Shown here in pieces: positions 37,183 through 50,182 of a stretch of 64,000 bases of DNA (the first letter of the stretch is position 1; every line of letters begins with the position of its first letter). Position numbers and translations under genes: made by a program. The notes under the pieces were generated by a model, which had not been told where the DNA came from, did no database searches, and saw only the letters and a list, made by a program, of their open reading frames with translations. This DNA is from Octopus sinensis (taxonomy: Eukaryota): positions 18,786,001 through 18,850,000 of the forward strand of contig NC_043004.1 in assembly GCF_006345805.1 (NCBI RefSeq), written 5' to 3'.

Positions 37183-38599
37183 TTTTGTTAAAATCGTCGT
37201 TCGACTCCATTCTTTCATTTATTTATAGTTAAAAAACACACAAATTTCCACACGAAAACACGAGATTTCTGCCCTTGGCATGTAGCTTCAACCGTGTTTT
37301 CTGACGTGAATTTGCTACCCGGGTATCGGTTAACCGAATTATCCATACTAGGATAATTCATTCACCTACTTATATATATATATATCTTAGGAAAATAAAA
37401 ATATTTCAGAATTTAATTAAATTTCATATTTTATGAGTGTGTCAATAATGAAAGTGTTGACTATTCCGAACTGACACTTTTTTGTCATAATTAATTATTC
37501 TGACCGCAAACGAATAAGTCTTATTACTGATAGATGTTGTGCGGCATAATATTTGTCTTCTTATCTGCCATGGTTCTCGTTAGTATAGATTCTTTACTTG
37601 AATCTCAATTTGTTTAAGCTGTCCAGTTGAATGTAATCAATATTAATTAAGCAAAACATGTATTAACAAAATATAGATAAAATATGCTATATTATCGCCT
37701 AATCAATCCACTAATTGACATATTTGGACTTTTAATTTAATTTTTTTTTATTTGTATTAGGCTGCTTTTGATATCAAATAACTATATCTATTATATCTAC
37801 TGAATATATTCTGATTTGACCACACAGAATTATCACTTTTAAAACCGTCTTGATATTTCTGCATTTCCATCTTGTCAATCAAAGTAGTTGAACCAGATAA
37901 TTTCTTGTTTTGCATGAGAAATTTAGCGTTTTAAAAACACAGACAGGCAATTTCATAAATATCATAATTGTCGTTATATTTATTGATTTTTCACTATCAT
38001 TCCTAAAGTTACTGTTAAAGTATTAATTTGTTTTATTTTCAGTTTCCCAACGTTTTGAGATATTGCTCTTGCGTCAATTTTTTTAAATATCAAGCCGTAC
38101 AAAACACTATACTTGACGGTTTAATTATTTCTGACCTCATATAAGATACGGAAAGTTTTGAAATATTGAAGAAATTTATACATATCAAACTGGTGTATGT
38201 ATGTATGTATGTATGTATGTATGTATGTATGTATGTATGTATGTATGTATGTATGTATGTATGTATGTATGTTTGTAAGTATGTATGTATGTATGTATGT
38301 ATGTATGTACGTGCGTGTGTGTTTGTGTTTGTACGTGTATGTACCAGCGGACAAAACAAGTAACATTTAGTTTGTTTATATCAAGCTATATAAGTCTATC
38401 ATTAAGAAGGAATGACACAGAAAATATAGACACGCTAGTAACGACGTATTATAAAGAATTCAAAATGCAGGGCTACAAATCGTTAGATATTTAGGTATAG
38501 ATGATAGAACCGAGCCAGACGTCCTTAGAAAACCCTAGATTATACATAAGGACCTCAAGACTAACTTTCTTATTGGTTGCTCAGTTAAATTGATTTGTC

Positions 38600-39960
38600 C
38601 TAAATCCGATATAGGCATTATTAGTGAAAAAAAATCCTTGATAGGGTAATATCGTACTTACGTCTAAACTTAAATTAGCCCTCTGGCGGTTGGATGGTTT
38701 TAGCTTCTAGAAATTAGTAAGAATAATGATATAGAGAGCGATTATGTCACTATTAACTCGATCGTCCTTAATCAAGCCCTGATTTATATAGCATGAGGAA
38801 ATTCCGATTCCTTCCGACGCGAGATAGATATTATGCTTGCTGCGTGAGCCACTTTAATGGATTTTGATGGTAGATTATGGATTAGATTAGATAGGGCGAA
38901 TGCATTTGAAATAGCAATGGGGTCGTATGACTCTGCACAGGTCCATGACCTAGTCGGAATATATATCCTTTCATTAATCCAGTCTTCCTTTTCAGAGGTA
39001 CCAGGTGGTCTATGTAAGGATGACGCATTATTTTTTCAGGAATTTTGTAGCTATTTTTTGTCTGTGAACGTGTATGGATCCGTATTCTTACCGTGATTGC
39101 GCATGCGGCTTTAATTGCAGTGATAATAGTGTATTATGCGCCACTGGAATTGAGCCTGTATTTTTTTAAACCCATGCTTGAGACCGTGCCAAGTGGCGGT
39201 GTTCCATCACCATAGGAGCCAAAATCTTCAAAGCCACTAGAAAAGAAAAGGAAGAAATCAAATGTCAGGAGAGAATGATTTGACAAAATCAGCGTCGTCC
39301 TCTAACATTACAATGCAGTCAATGCCGTCGATTCTTCTATGCAAGAATTGGTCTACAAAGTCATGAACGACATCCCCATAAAGAAAGTGTTCAACAAAGA
39401 AGAAACTAAATTCTCGGATATGAGATAAAACCGAGGACGATACGCGCATCATCATCCAATGTGTTTTAGTCTGTAACAGACGTATCGTTAGCCTTGTGTA
39501 TTTTCAAGTGCAATACTATTTGTTTAAGCACGCGCGTATAAGGCTAAAATGCTACTTATCTTCAAGACTTTGCTTCTGAGATAGTTCTTCAATGTCTTGT
39601 GATGGTATGCTATGACGATATTTTCCTCTATATATATATTTCAAAGTTTGCGACTGCCAAAGTAGGGTCAGGTTGCTCATATGGAGCATAAGGTTCGTAT
39701 TATTATTAAATGTGACTGGAGGGTCGTGTCATATATGTTTTCTCCGCATGTACGTGGACACTACTTATATGCTGACCTAAAAATCCTTGGCAGTGTGGTC
39801 TAATGTACACTTTGTTGAACGAGTTAGCTTTGACGTTGTACTTGCAAACAATGCTTTCTTGAGACAGCTGCACTTCAAAAGGACTTTGTCGGGTTGAAGT
39901 GAAGCAGTTGTTTTGGTTTATTGTTCGGACGAGTCTGTATCCTGGCTAAAGCTAGGGTGG
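38600..39960. mobile_element. Old PLE relic of a different lineage; RT on plus strand, GIY-YIG part on minus strand
   Basis: Plus: FEIAMGSYDSAQVHDLVGIYIL..GLCKDDAL and KVFNKEETKFS; minus ~39780-39900: QESIVCKYNV....KVYI. Confidence 0.55.
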
Positions 39961-41350
39961 TGAAAATTATATGGAAGCAACGTTTTAGAAGTAAGTATTC
40001 CTGGAGAAGCATTAGGTTCAGCGCCTCCACAACCATCATGCTAAGGTTGATCAAGATCTACATGCAAGTGCGCCCTTGGAACAGCACATTGTTATAAATA
40101 TATTTTCTGTGTATGGCATTATTTCAAAACTTGGCAGTCGACACGAGGAAAAAGCAATAAATTAAGTATCCATACTGTACTTTGGAATAATAATAATAAT
40201 AATAATAATATTAATAATAACAATAATTTACTGGTCACACAAGTCCATACATGCATTAAAAGAACATACAGATGACATGTCGCGTACATCTGACGACATT
40301 GCTATGACAATGTGAATGCATGATTTAAAAAGACGTGATGCATCAAATCATTTCTAGCAATATAAAAGGCAAATCAAAACAATATATAAATGCATTCAAT
40401 ACGTTTAACAGGAAAAAATGTCATATGAATACTGCCGGCAGATGCTCTGTAAATTTCACAACTTTCATCCTGTCAAATACATTACATTTTGCAGTGGGTT
40501 CCATTCTCCATCTTTATAACCTGCTTCACTAACACTGTATGCTGCTTCTATCACGCATAAACGTCAATGGCATAAATCGCACTTTAGTTTTTTTTTAATG
40601 CAGGAAATGTCCAGCAACAAATACCGACCTACTGATCTGATGCCAAAGAAAACAATTTATACGATGGTTGTCTTAATCTTTCAAATGCTTATTCCATTTT
40701 CCTATCAGAATTTTAACGCAGTATCTATTTAATGAATGGAAATATTACTTGGACGGCGAGTACACAATGCACTCATTAAATACTAGTTGTCTTTCTTTAG
40801 GCGCATCCCAGCTTTTGCCGAACGGCTCTATGATTGAAAATGTTCCACCCATGACTATTTGACTTTATCAGACAGTGTATCCAGGTGCAATTTCTTGTAG
40901 ATCGAGTTACAGTGTTAAGGTTTGTTAGTTAATTTTGTGGGCAAAATTACTAAATGAATAAATTATAAACGGAATAACTTAGAAGTCACTACTTAAAATA
41001 CAGCATATGTATCTCAAATGCCGATAATATTTACTAAAAGTCTCATATATGGACTAGATGAAAATCTTTTATGAATTTTTTATGAGTGTCATGAAAACAT
41101 TTTCATTCTTCAAACGCGATGAAATATTCAAATGAAAACAAAGAAAACAAAAGAAAAAATTTAGGCGAGCAATTCTATTGCCCGTCTCCCATGATTGAAA
41201 TTAGTATACGACTTTCGTGCAAATTACTTTTCACACGCTAGCATAGAAGTTCTTTCAATTCAGTCTGACAAATTTAAGAAGCGTCATTTCTCATTTTTTG
41301 AAAGACTGTTTAGTTGTTATTGTTGTTGTTGGTGGTGGTAGTGGTGTTGT

Positions 41351-41384
<34 letters not shown>

Positions 41385-42880
41385 AATGATGATGATGCCA
41401 TTAAGTCTAAAATATCAGCCTGTTCTAACCGAAATATAGCGATGGGTACAGTCCCATATTGTAGAAGTCTCATGTCTTGAAGCTTCCTTAACAGTATTTT
41501 CTCTTCTATAATATACCTATACCGAAGGGTTGTGATTTAGTAGTATTGTCAGACCATCGGACAATATGCTTTGCTGTATTTAGTTAAAGCTGTCAACATA
41601 CAGATTTAAAATTAGCTCGGTCCTCTTTGCGTTTCTTCATGCTAGACTCGATAAAACAAATACCAGTCAAGTACTGCGCTTCACAAATATTGATCATGCG
41701 CTTATGTTAGAAACACATATTTCTTTCATTAAAAGAGGCAGTCACTGAGATTATAGATGAATTAATAAGCTGTATTTTTTGGCATCGATTTGCGGGCTGA
41801 ACTAAAGTACCATGACGTCGATTTTTCATTTCATACCTTACAATTCGATCAAATAAGTACTAGAAAATAATGTTAATTAATTCATTAGAATAATTATTTC
41901 CTTTACAATATATTGAGTAGACCGTTGAGCAAAGGCATTAGGGCCGTGATCGCTCACTCTTTATTTTTTCAAGTGATATATAATTAATTTGTTTGGATGA
42001 TGAGTGGATGTAATATGAAAGAAAATTTTGTAGTTATTTTAATAAGTCGTGAAACTATCTAGAATATTCCATTGGTGATGCAAGAAAGCATTAGTTATCA
42101 TTATTAAAACATCAGCAAATAATTTATATAACGAATCTTCATCAGGAATTCCAAAGTGACAAACAAAAGAAAATATACTATACTCTTAATTTTGATTTAT
42201 TTCCAGCATTGAGAACATAGTTAATTTAAAGGCAGGAATTCCGGAAATTATATATTGAATAAATGTTACATAACTTGAATCAGCGAAATAATACTTAATC
42301 CAGTTGGACGGTAATTGTGATTTAGCTTAAATTGAGATAAATAATGAACGGCTGCTTTATGGAGAGTATAAAGAAGTCTGTGTTATATGATGCTTATAAA
42401 CTTCTTTCTTCTTGCTAATCTAAATTATATTCTCCATTATGAACGTGCCAGCGGTACAGCAAAGTTGCTACAATAAACTCTAGCGAACACATTCCCAGCC
42501 GCTGGAGATACAAAATAAAATATAATTATGTTCAGTGTATATGACGTTATATACCATTCAGCAATACATTCCAATAAATAGCTTTGCGAATAATCTGCCA
42601 TATCAGCAAGAATGCTGACTGTATAATATTTACGTTACACATTTTGGATGAATTTAAATTTCAAATGGACGTATACTGGAGGGCATAATGGAATATACGA
42701 CTGTTAGCCTGTCAATCTATCCATTAAGTAATCTCCTATTATTTACCTAATTGTAAGGAATTATTAAAACATCGTAAGAAGAACACTAATACCGATTTGT
42801 AAAGGATGTTATCTATTTTTTTCATTTAAATCAGCTTCTTCGTTCCGCTTTCGTTTAATCCTCTATCATTATGTCTCCTT

Positions 42881-42925
<45 letters not shown>

Positions 42926-43449
42926 GCGCGCGCGCTTCACAAACCTTTCTTATACCCTTCGTAGTAATTTATAAAATTTCAATACAATAGTTCTCATGTC
43001 TTCTCTGACAAGGAACCCTACTCACAAAGCTGATGCCATTTTCTGAAATTTATTATTTAAGCCTTGTCTATGCAGACCATTACATGTTTCTGACATCACT
43101 GAAATTTTAGTTTAATGCATGCCACTACTATATCATTTGCAAGGAATGTCTATCTAACTGGAATTTATAACAGAAATTCAAATTGCTTTTAGACACTTTC
43201 AGCAAACGTATATTTTCAAAGTACATCTAAGAGTCTATTGACACTAAAATGCAAGTTGTTGCGATGAATATTTATAGCTATTTACAAATATCTGATCATA
43301 CTGCTCCTGAGGGAACACAGATAGTAATATCATGTTCGCCTTGAGTGAATAATAAATTCCAGGAATAGTTTATTTCCTTGGTTAGTAAACCCTTTTGAAA
43401 TCACATTTGACGAATAAGAATTACCGAACAAAAGAAAAAGTTACTATTC

Positions 43450-44530
43450 ATGTTGAAAATTAACTAATAAAGAAGTGAAGTATAACATCACACGCGGCCA
43501 CACAGGGAGTTCGTTGATGAATTACTCTCTCTATCTCAGCTGCCGTTTCTAGATTTTGCAGAACTTCTAGCGAACATCTCGGTGCAGTGTTGATGGAGAC
43601 ATTGAAGCTCGTCGTCATCAGCCCATTGAGCCTTGAAAATAAACTAGCAAAGCGTATATCATCTGTCAAAAAATGCGATTGTGAATTTGTGATAAAAAGG
43701 GCCCACTGTATTCAGGTCAACTAGCTTTTACTCTCGACCTCTGCATCTAAGACTATTTTGCTTTTTTTGCACCAAAGAAAAATGTCTGAACGTTAATTAA
43801 GCCACTAACTAATTAAATGTGATTCATTTTCGAATAACCTTTTTATACTGTTAACTAGCAAACACTCCAAATGTTATCAGAGCTAAGTTCTTACTAAATA
43901 TCATTAACTTCTAAGCTTTGTCGTTATTGAGACCAGCCACCGGTTGTTGATCTAATGAATTTCCACCGAAATAGCTCACTAATCAGGACTATTTAAGTTT
44001 TCTCTCCTTGGAACGTCGTGTTTCATGATATCCCTGCTTATGTGCAGATATCAAGCATGTGACCAGTGTAGCCATCCAGTAGGAAATGCACAAATTTTCA
44101 ATCTATATACGATCTGGTGGATGGTACTGCTGGAACTGTCTGAGCAGATTTGCAAGTCTTTTATGGTTCGTCTTCTGTCAGGGTCTCACATGCAATCACA
44201 TATGCGTCTAAGATAATATTCTAATCACCCAGTATGAGTAAGCAGCTGGATAATCTCATGAATACGATGAAATGTTTGGATGAGTCAGGCTGCACGGCCT
44301 TAATTGCACGCCATTTTATTGATGTTGACATCCAAGAAACGCTAACACATCATCCAGATCTAAGATGCTGCAAAACTTTTGAAACAATACTATTGCTTCG
44401 ATCAATTCAGGCCGAAGTGCGCAAGTCCTATTCACATAGAAGAAGTGTATCTTGAAAATTCTGGTCTCAGTTACGGTTATTATATTTATAAATGATCTAA
44501 AATGCTCTTGTTTGCAAGCTGATACGTTCA
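43450..44530 (-). mobile_element. Possible very degenerate mariner transposase relic
   Basis: PDRRRTIKDL...SSSTIHQIV (HTH-like) near 44150-44200 and QWADDDEL near 43610; no TIR found. Confidence 0.3.
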
Positions 44531-44954
44531 TTTATACAACCTCCTTCAAAAAAAAAAAAAAAGAAGAAAGAAAACAAAAAAACAAAACAAAGCACTGCAC
44601 TTAAATATTACAGAAGGACGGAAAATCAGATTTTTAGGAGTCACTGACAGGCTCCCCCACTTTCGTTTTAGTTTTATAATTCTACGTCTTATAACAAAAA
44701 GCTAGCTATTCGTTTCGGATATGTATTCCTTTTGCGAAGAAATGCATCTCCGTCCTTCCCAGCATCCCTGTGTCTGTTTCAATTCCATTCATGTGTTCCT
44801 CCCTTCACTATTCTTTTTCTCGAAAAAATCAGTGCAGTTCTAGAAACTTTTCAGTGAGATATTATTGATAATGGTATGTTTCAATTAACTTTAGGTGTTT
44901 CTTGTTGCTATATTATTTACATAGCGTTGGTATTCAAATTTTTTTGGCGTCGTT

Positions 44955-44968
44955 ACTATTACTACTGC

Positions 44969-45032
<64 letters not shown>
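44955..45032. repeat. (TTA)n microsatellite, Dong 3' target/tail
   Basis: Direct read. Confidence 0.95.
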
Positions 45033-45034
<2 letters not shown>

Positions 45035-48000
45035 ATAGTTTTATTTTAATTTTTATAGCGTGCTTTCACTTCACTACCGAGCGCAGCTCTGTGTGCCTTG
45101 GGTATGTGCTGTGATTTGTTGTGATGCTCTGATGGTTATTGTATGGAAAGTGTTCTGCGTAGGATGTGTGCAGTGCCTAGTAGTGCAATTTTCTGTATGT
45201 TATATGTGTTTGTAAGTCCTGGTGTTTTTGTTATGTATTTGTCTGAATATTTTTTTATCATGCCTAATGCACCTACTATGATAGGAATTGTTTCTGTTTT
45301 CAGATTCCACATTCTAGTTACCTCTATTTCCAGGTCTTTGTATTTTGAGAGTTTCTCCATTTCTTTTAGAGACACGTTGTCATCTGCCGGTACTGATACA
45401 TCAATTAGAAAGCATTTTTTTTCTTCATGGTCTCTGACAACTATATCTGGTCTGTTGGCCTTAACTTCTCTATCTGTGTGTATCGGCATATCCCAGAGTA
45501 TGGTTCCTTTCTCGTTTTCTGTGACCTTTTCTGGTGTGTGCCTATACCATCTTTTTTCTGTTGTTATTCCATAATGTTGGCATAGCTTCCAATGTATGTA
45601 AGTTCCAACTCTGTCATGTCTGTGAATATATTCCTTCTTAGCCAGGACTGGGCAGCTAGCTAGATAATATGATTTATTGTTTCTTGTCCATCTCCACATA
45701 TTCTGCAGTTACTTGTAATATTTCTTTTCATTACATGTTTTTGGTAAGTTCTGGTGGGGAGGCTTTGGTCTTGTGCTGCAATTAAAAATCCCTCTGTTTC
45801 TGCTTTGAGTCCTGAGCTTCTCAACCATTGCTGGGATTTTTCTTTGTCTATTTCTTTTGCGTTTAGTTTAGTCCAGTATTTACCATGAAGGGGCTTTTCT
45901 TGCCATCGTTTTATCATGGTTCGTTGCTGTTCTATTTTTAGTTTGGATTTCATTTTTTTTATAGCTTTTGTTGTTTCTTCATCTTCTTCTTCTTCTTCTT
46001 CATGTTTATTAGGTGGTATGATTTCTTGTTTGTATTTGTCAGCTTCCTTAAATACTGAGAACAGTTTTTTGTTTTGCTCGTGTTTTGCCGCTGTCTGGAT
46101 CAGTTTTCCTTCCTTCTGAAGTAGATATTTTTGCAGTCCTATGGTGGTTATTTTATAGTAGTTTTCCAGCTGTATAAGGCCTCTACCACCTTCTATACGT
46201 TGTATATATAGTCTTTCTATGTCAGATTTTGGGTGATGCATCCTAGATCCTGTCATTATTTTTCTTGTTTTCCTGTCTATTTTGGTCAGTTCATTTCGTG
46301 TCCAGTTAAGGATATTGTAGCTGTAACTTATAACTGGGACAGCTAAAGTGTTGATACCTATTATCTTGTTTTTAGCATTGAGCTCTGTGTTTAGTATTGA
46401 TCTAACTCGTCTATAATATTCTTTTTTTATTTTCTCTTTCATTTGTGTGTGTGTGTCTTATCTAGTTCATGGATTCCTAAGTATTTGTAAGTTTGGCTTT
46501 GGTCTAATTCTTTTATTTCATTTGCTTCATCTAGTGTGATGTTGTTACTCTTAACTAGTTTTCCTCTTTTCATGGTTACTTTGGCGCATTTTTCTAATCC
46601 AAATTTCATATCTATTTCTTTGGTAAATCCATGAACTGTCTTTATAGTGTTTCCAGGTTTGTCATTTGCAGCGTATAGTTTTAGGTCATCCATATATAAA
46701 AGGTGGCTGATCGTTTTGCCGTAACATTTATATCCGCATCCAGTTCTATTTAGCATATCAGATAGAGGTGACAGTGCCAAGCAGAAAAGGAGTGGAGAGA
46801 GCGTATCTCCCTGGAATATTCCTCTTCTAATGGGGATGTCTTTGGTTTTCATGAGTCCCTCTTTTGTTTGGAGGTGTAGGACTGTTTGCCATTTATTCAT
46901 AGAGTGCCCTATGAATTTTATGATTGTTGGTGCTACTTTGTTAATGGCTAGTGTTTCGAGGATCCATGTGTGGGGGATGCTATCAAACGCCTTTTTGTAG
47001 TCAATCCAGGCCATACTGAGGCCTTTCTTCTTTCTGTGGCTGTCTTCAATTATGGCTTTATTAATCATTAGTTGATCTTTACAGCCATATGAGCCTTTGC
47101 GGCATCCTTTCTGCTCTTCTGGGAACAGTTTGCTTTCGTCCAGGTGCTTGTTCAGCCTTTGTGATATCACTGCAGTAAATGCCTTGAACATAGTAGGGAG
47201 GCAGGTTATTGGTCTGTAGTTTTCTGTTTTTTCTGTTTCATTTGATTTGGGAATTAAGATGGTTTTCCCCTTCGTGAGCCATTCAGGCATTGTCTCTGGC
47301 TCTGCTAGTACGTTGTTAAAGTTTTCAGCCAGCTTTTTGTGCATTCCTGTTAGATATTTCAACCAGAAGTTGGGGATCTTGTCATGCCCAGGTGCCTTCC
47401 AGTTGCTTAGTCTTTGCAGTGCCTGGGTGACCTCTTCAGTTGTTATGGGGGTCCAAGTTTGTTCAGATGCCGAGTTTGTTATTTTGATACTCCTTTTTTT
47501 TGGTGGTTCGTTCGCCGACCATATTTCTCCCCAGAATTCTTCCAATTCTTCTGCCGTTGGTGCTGCAGTGACTTCTATTTTATTTTTGCCCAGTTCTTGG
47601 TAGAACTTTTTGGGGTCGGAGTTGAACTTTTTGTTCTGTTCAAAGAAGCGTTGGCGTTTCTCGCACCGGCGGATCCTTTGAGCTTTGGCAAGGATATCTT
47701 GCTTCAGCTTTTCTTTTATCTCCGGCAAATCTTTTTCTGTGGTGTTATATTTGCGGAGCATTTTTGTTCTCTTTTTGTTGCTCAGTAGCGTTGCTTGTTT
47801 GCTGATTTCATTAAGAATCGACAGGTCTTTTCTAATTTTTTTATTTTGTTTTGGATGTTATTTATCCACAGGGTTTGTTTGGGTGGTGGTACTCCTGTTT
47901 GGGCGGGTTTGGGTGAGTATCCAGCTTCTTTTGTGGCTGCAGTGGCTGCTGCGTATATCAAGTCATTTAGTTCAGTGATATCACTTTTTTGTTTCAGTGG

Positions 48001-48995
48001 CTAGTTCAGTGACGGCTAGGTTTATGTTGTTTATAATTGGTGTTGTTATTGCGTTTATTTTTATTCTTGGGAGGTATGGTCGGTGGTCCATTTTGAGCTC
48101 TGTGGTTTTTAGTTCTTTGATTATTTTATTTTTTATATTATCATAATCATTAGGCTCCCCTTCGTTGTTTACATCGTGTTTGTTGGGAATGTTGCGTTTG
48201 TCTTCGGTTTTTACAGTTTCAGTGTTTATATTATTGGGCATTGTTGTGTGGCTTCTATCTACATTTTCCTGGTGTATGTTTTCTTTTAGGTGTTCTATTT
48301 CTATTTCTGATATTTTTTTTGTGTTGAGAATGTATCTTCGTACGTTAGCTAATTTATTAGGGTTCATTGCTGTATCCAAGTCTAAATCTCTATTATTTTC
48401 CTTCCATATTTTATATGTATGTGTTGTTGTATTTTCATTTTTGGGTAGAGTACTGCTGTGAAGTATGCGTGTAAGATAGAAATGTATTCCTCACGTGTCC
48501 ATTTACGTCTTTTGGGTTTTATTTGCGGGACATGAGGTACAACGTCCGGCCCATTATTTTGACGGTCGTCATTTTCGTAGGGTACCGGTCCGTTTATTTC
48601 TGTTGTCACATTATTTCGCACGTGTAGTTTTTCGTACATTTTTTGTTGTAGGTTTAATGTACGTACCGCTCGATTGTTATTCTTGGGTTGAATAGTATCG
48701 GTGGCATTTAATTTCTTCGTAGTTCCTTTGTACATGGTGTTTGGGGTCGGAGATGATCGTGATGTTTCACGCATGTTTACATGTGTTGCGTTAGAGGTGG
48801 AGATGATATCGAGTCAAAATACATCATTTCGTTTCGAAAATAGTAATAAATTTCAATTTGTATTACTTACTCGGATACAGTCCAATTCTTTGTTAGTAAA
48901 ACTTTGGCTCCATAGGATGTCCTTGTTTTCGATGTTTGTGGATAGGTTTCGGAGCTCTGAATTTTCCTTCTTACATCTTAAAAGTCCCGCGGTGT
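45030..48995 (-). mobile_element. Near full-length R4/Dong-clade non-LTR retrotransposon inserted in (TAA)n
   Basis: RT (WKAPGHD, YRPITCL, EQKGC, WIDYKKAFDS, GIFQGDTLSPLLF, HLLYMDDLK), CCHC (CRIC..ETINHII..C) and REL (RPDIVV, IDVSVP, KLSKYKDL); flanked by TTA arrays; TAA targeting is established for Dong. Confidence 0.95.
45136..48774 (-). pseudogene. Single Dong ORF broken by several frameshifts (~48380, ~47980, ~46650, ~46440, ~45700)
   Basis: Consecutive ORF-track pieces in different frames; several breaks lie at homopolymers or dinucleotide runs. Confidence 0.85.
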
Positions 48996-49002
48996 TCTTC
49001 TT

Positions 49003-49033
<31 letters not shown>

Positions 49034-49071
49034 TTATTATTATTATAATTATTATTATTATTATTATTATC

Positions 49072-49139
<68 letters not shown>

Positions 49140-49140
49140 C
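48996..49140. repeat. (TTC)n then (TTA)n microsatellite between two Dong elements
   Basis: Direct read. Confidence 0.95.
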
Positions 49141-49149
49141 AATATTTAC

Positions 49150-50045
49150 TTTTAATCTGCATGTTTATTACAATCACTTGTAGAGACACACCCAGTGTCC
49201 TGGAGCGAGCGAAGTATAAGAGATGTTATAGTACGACTGAAAGCTTGGGGAGGGGAAGTAGCGAAATATCTTTACGTAATACAACACATACATTTAACTG
49301 AATAAGATTTTTCTAAGGATGTGGGCCGTACTTGTCAGCGCAATCTTCTGGATTTCTCTGAGACATGGTTCTCCTGAGATCTTATCTAGATGTTACTGAC
49401 ACCCCTTTTTTATCATATCTAAGGCACCTATAATAACAGGAACGGATCTCGTTTTAAGATGCCACAATCTTTGTATTTCAGTTTTCAGATCCTTATATTT
49501 ACTTCATTTGTCAAATTCCTAGACAGATATATTTTTATCAGTTGGAACACTTACATCTATTAGGCTACAAGTATTTCTTCCCATCTTTAATGATTATGTC
49601 TGGTCGATTAGCCTGAAATGTTCTGTAAGTATGCAAAATGTAAATACTGTCATACCTTATTGTGGCGATTTTTGAATTCGTTTGGTGTAGCATATGTTTG
49701 TCTGTGGTGTTCTGGATTGGTGGTTTTTGTACATTTTGATACATCCCTATGGTCTGGGTTTGTTGTTTTTGTTTACTTCGTTTTTGTTGGACATGTTACG
49801 TCTGTTTTCATGTTTTACTATCTCAGTGTTTATATTATTTGGCATTGTTGTGTAGCTTCTATCTACATTTTCCTGATGTATTTTTCCTTTTAAATGTTCT
49901 ATTTCTATTTCTGATATTTTTTCGCTTTGAGAATATATATTCGTATGTTTGCTGGTTTATTAGGCTGCATTACTGTATCCAAGTCTTTATTTAGGTTATT
50001 TTTCTTCCATATTTTATACGTATGTGTTGTTGTGTTCTCTTTCGT
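49150..50045 (-). mobile_element. Second Dong-like element lacking RT: N-terminal segment joined to REL endonuclease end
   Basis: 49760-50045 aligns by eye with 48150-48445; 49300-49610 encodes QANRPDIIIKD..IDVSVP..KYKDL..VPVIIGAL..QKIALTSTAHIL; different 3' UTR. Confidence 0.75.
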
Positions 50046-50150
50046 TGGTTATTATTATTATTATTATATTATTATTATTATTATTATTATTATATTATTA
50101 TTATTATTATTATCATCATTATTGATATTGTTATTGTTATTATTATTATT

Positions 50151-50182
<32 letters not shown>

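Larger units (their letters stand above)
36285..37227. mobile_element. Foldback PLE-type non-autonomous element: 226-bp inverted arms around a ~490-bp spacer
   Basis: 36285-36510 is the reverse complement of 37002-37227 with about five mismatches by eye; each arm carries a hammerhead. Confidence 0.85.

Noticed and set aside
48850-48995. HDV-like ribozyme at the Dong 5' end
   Set aside because: I could not assemble P1/P2/P3 consistently by eye; needs an RNArobo or Infernal search.
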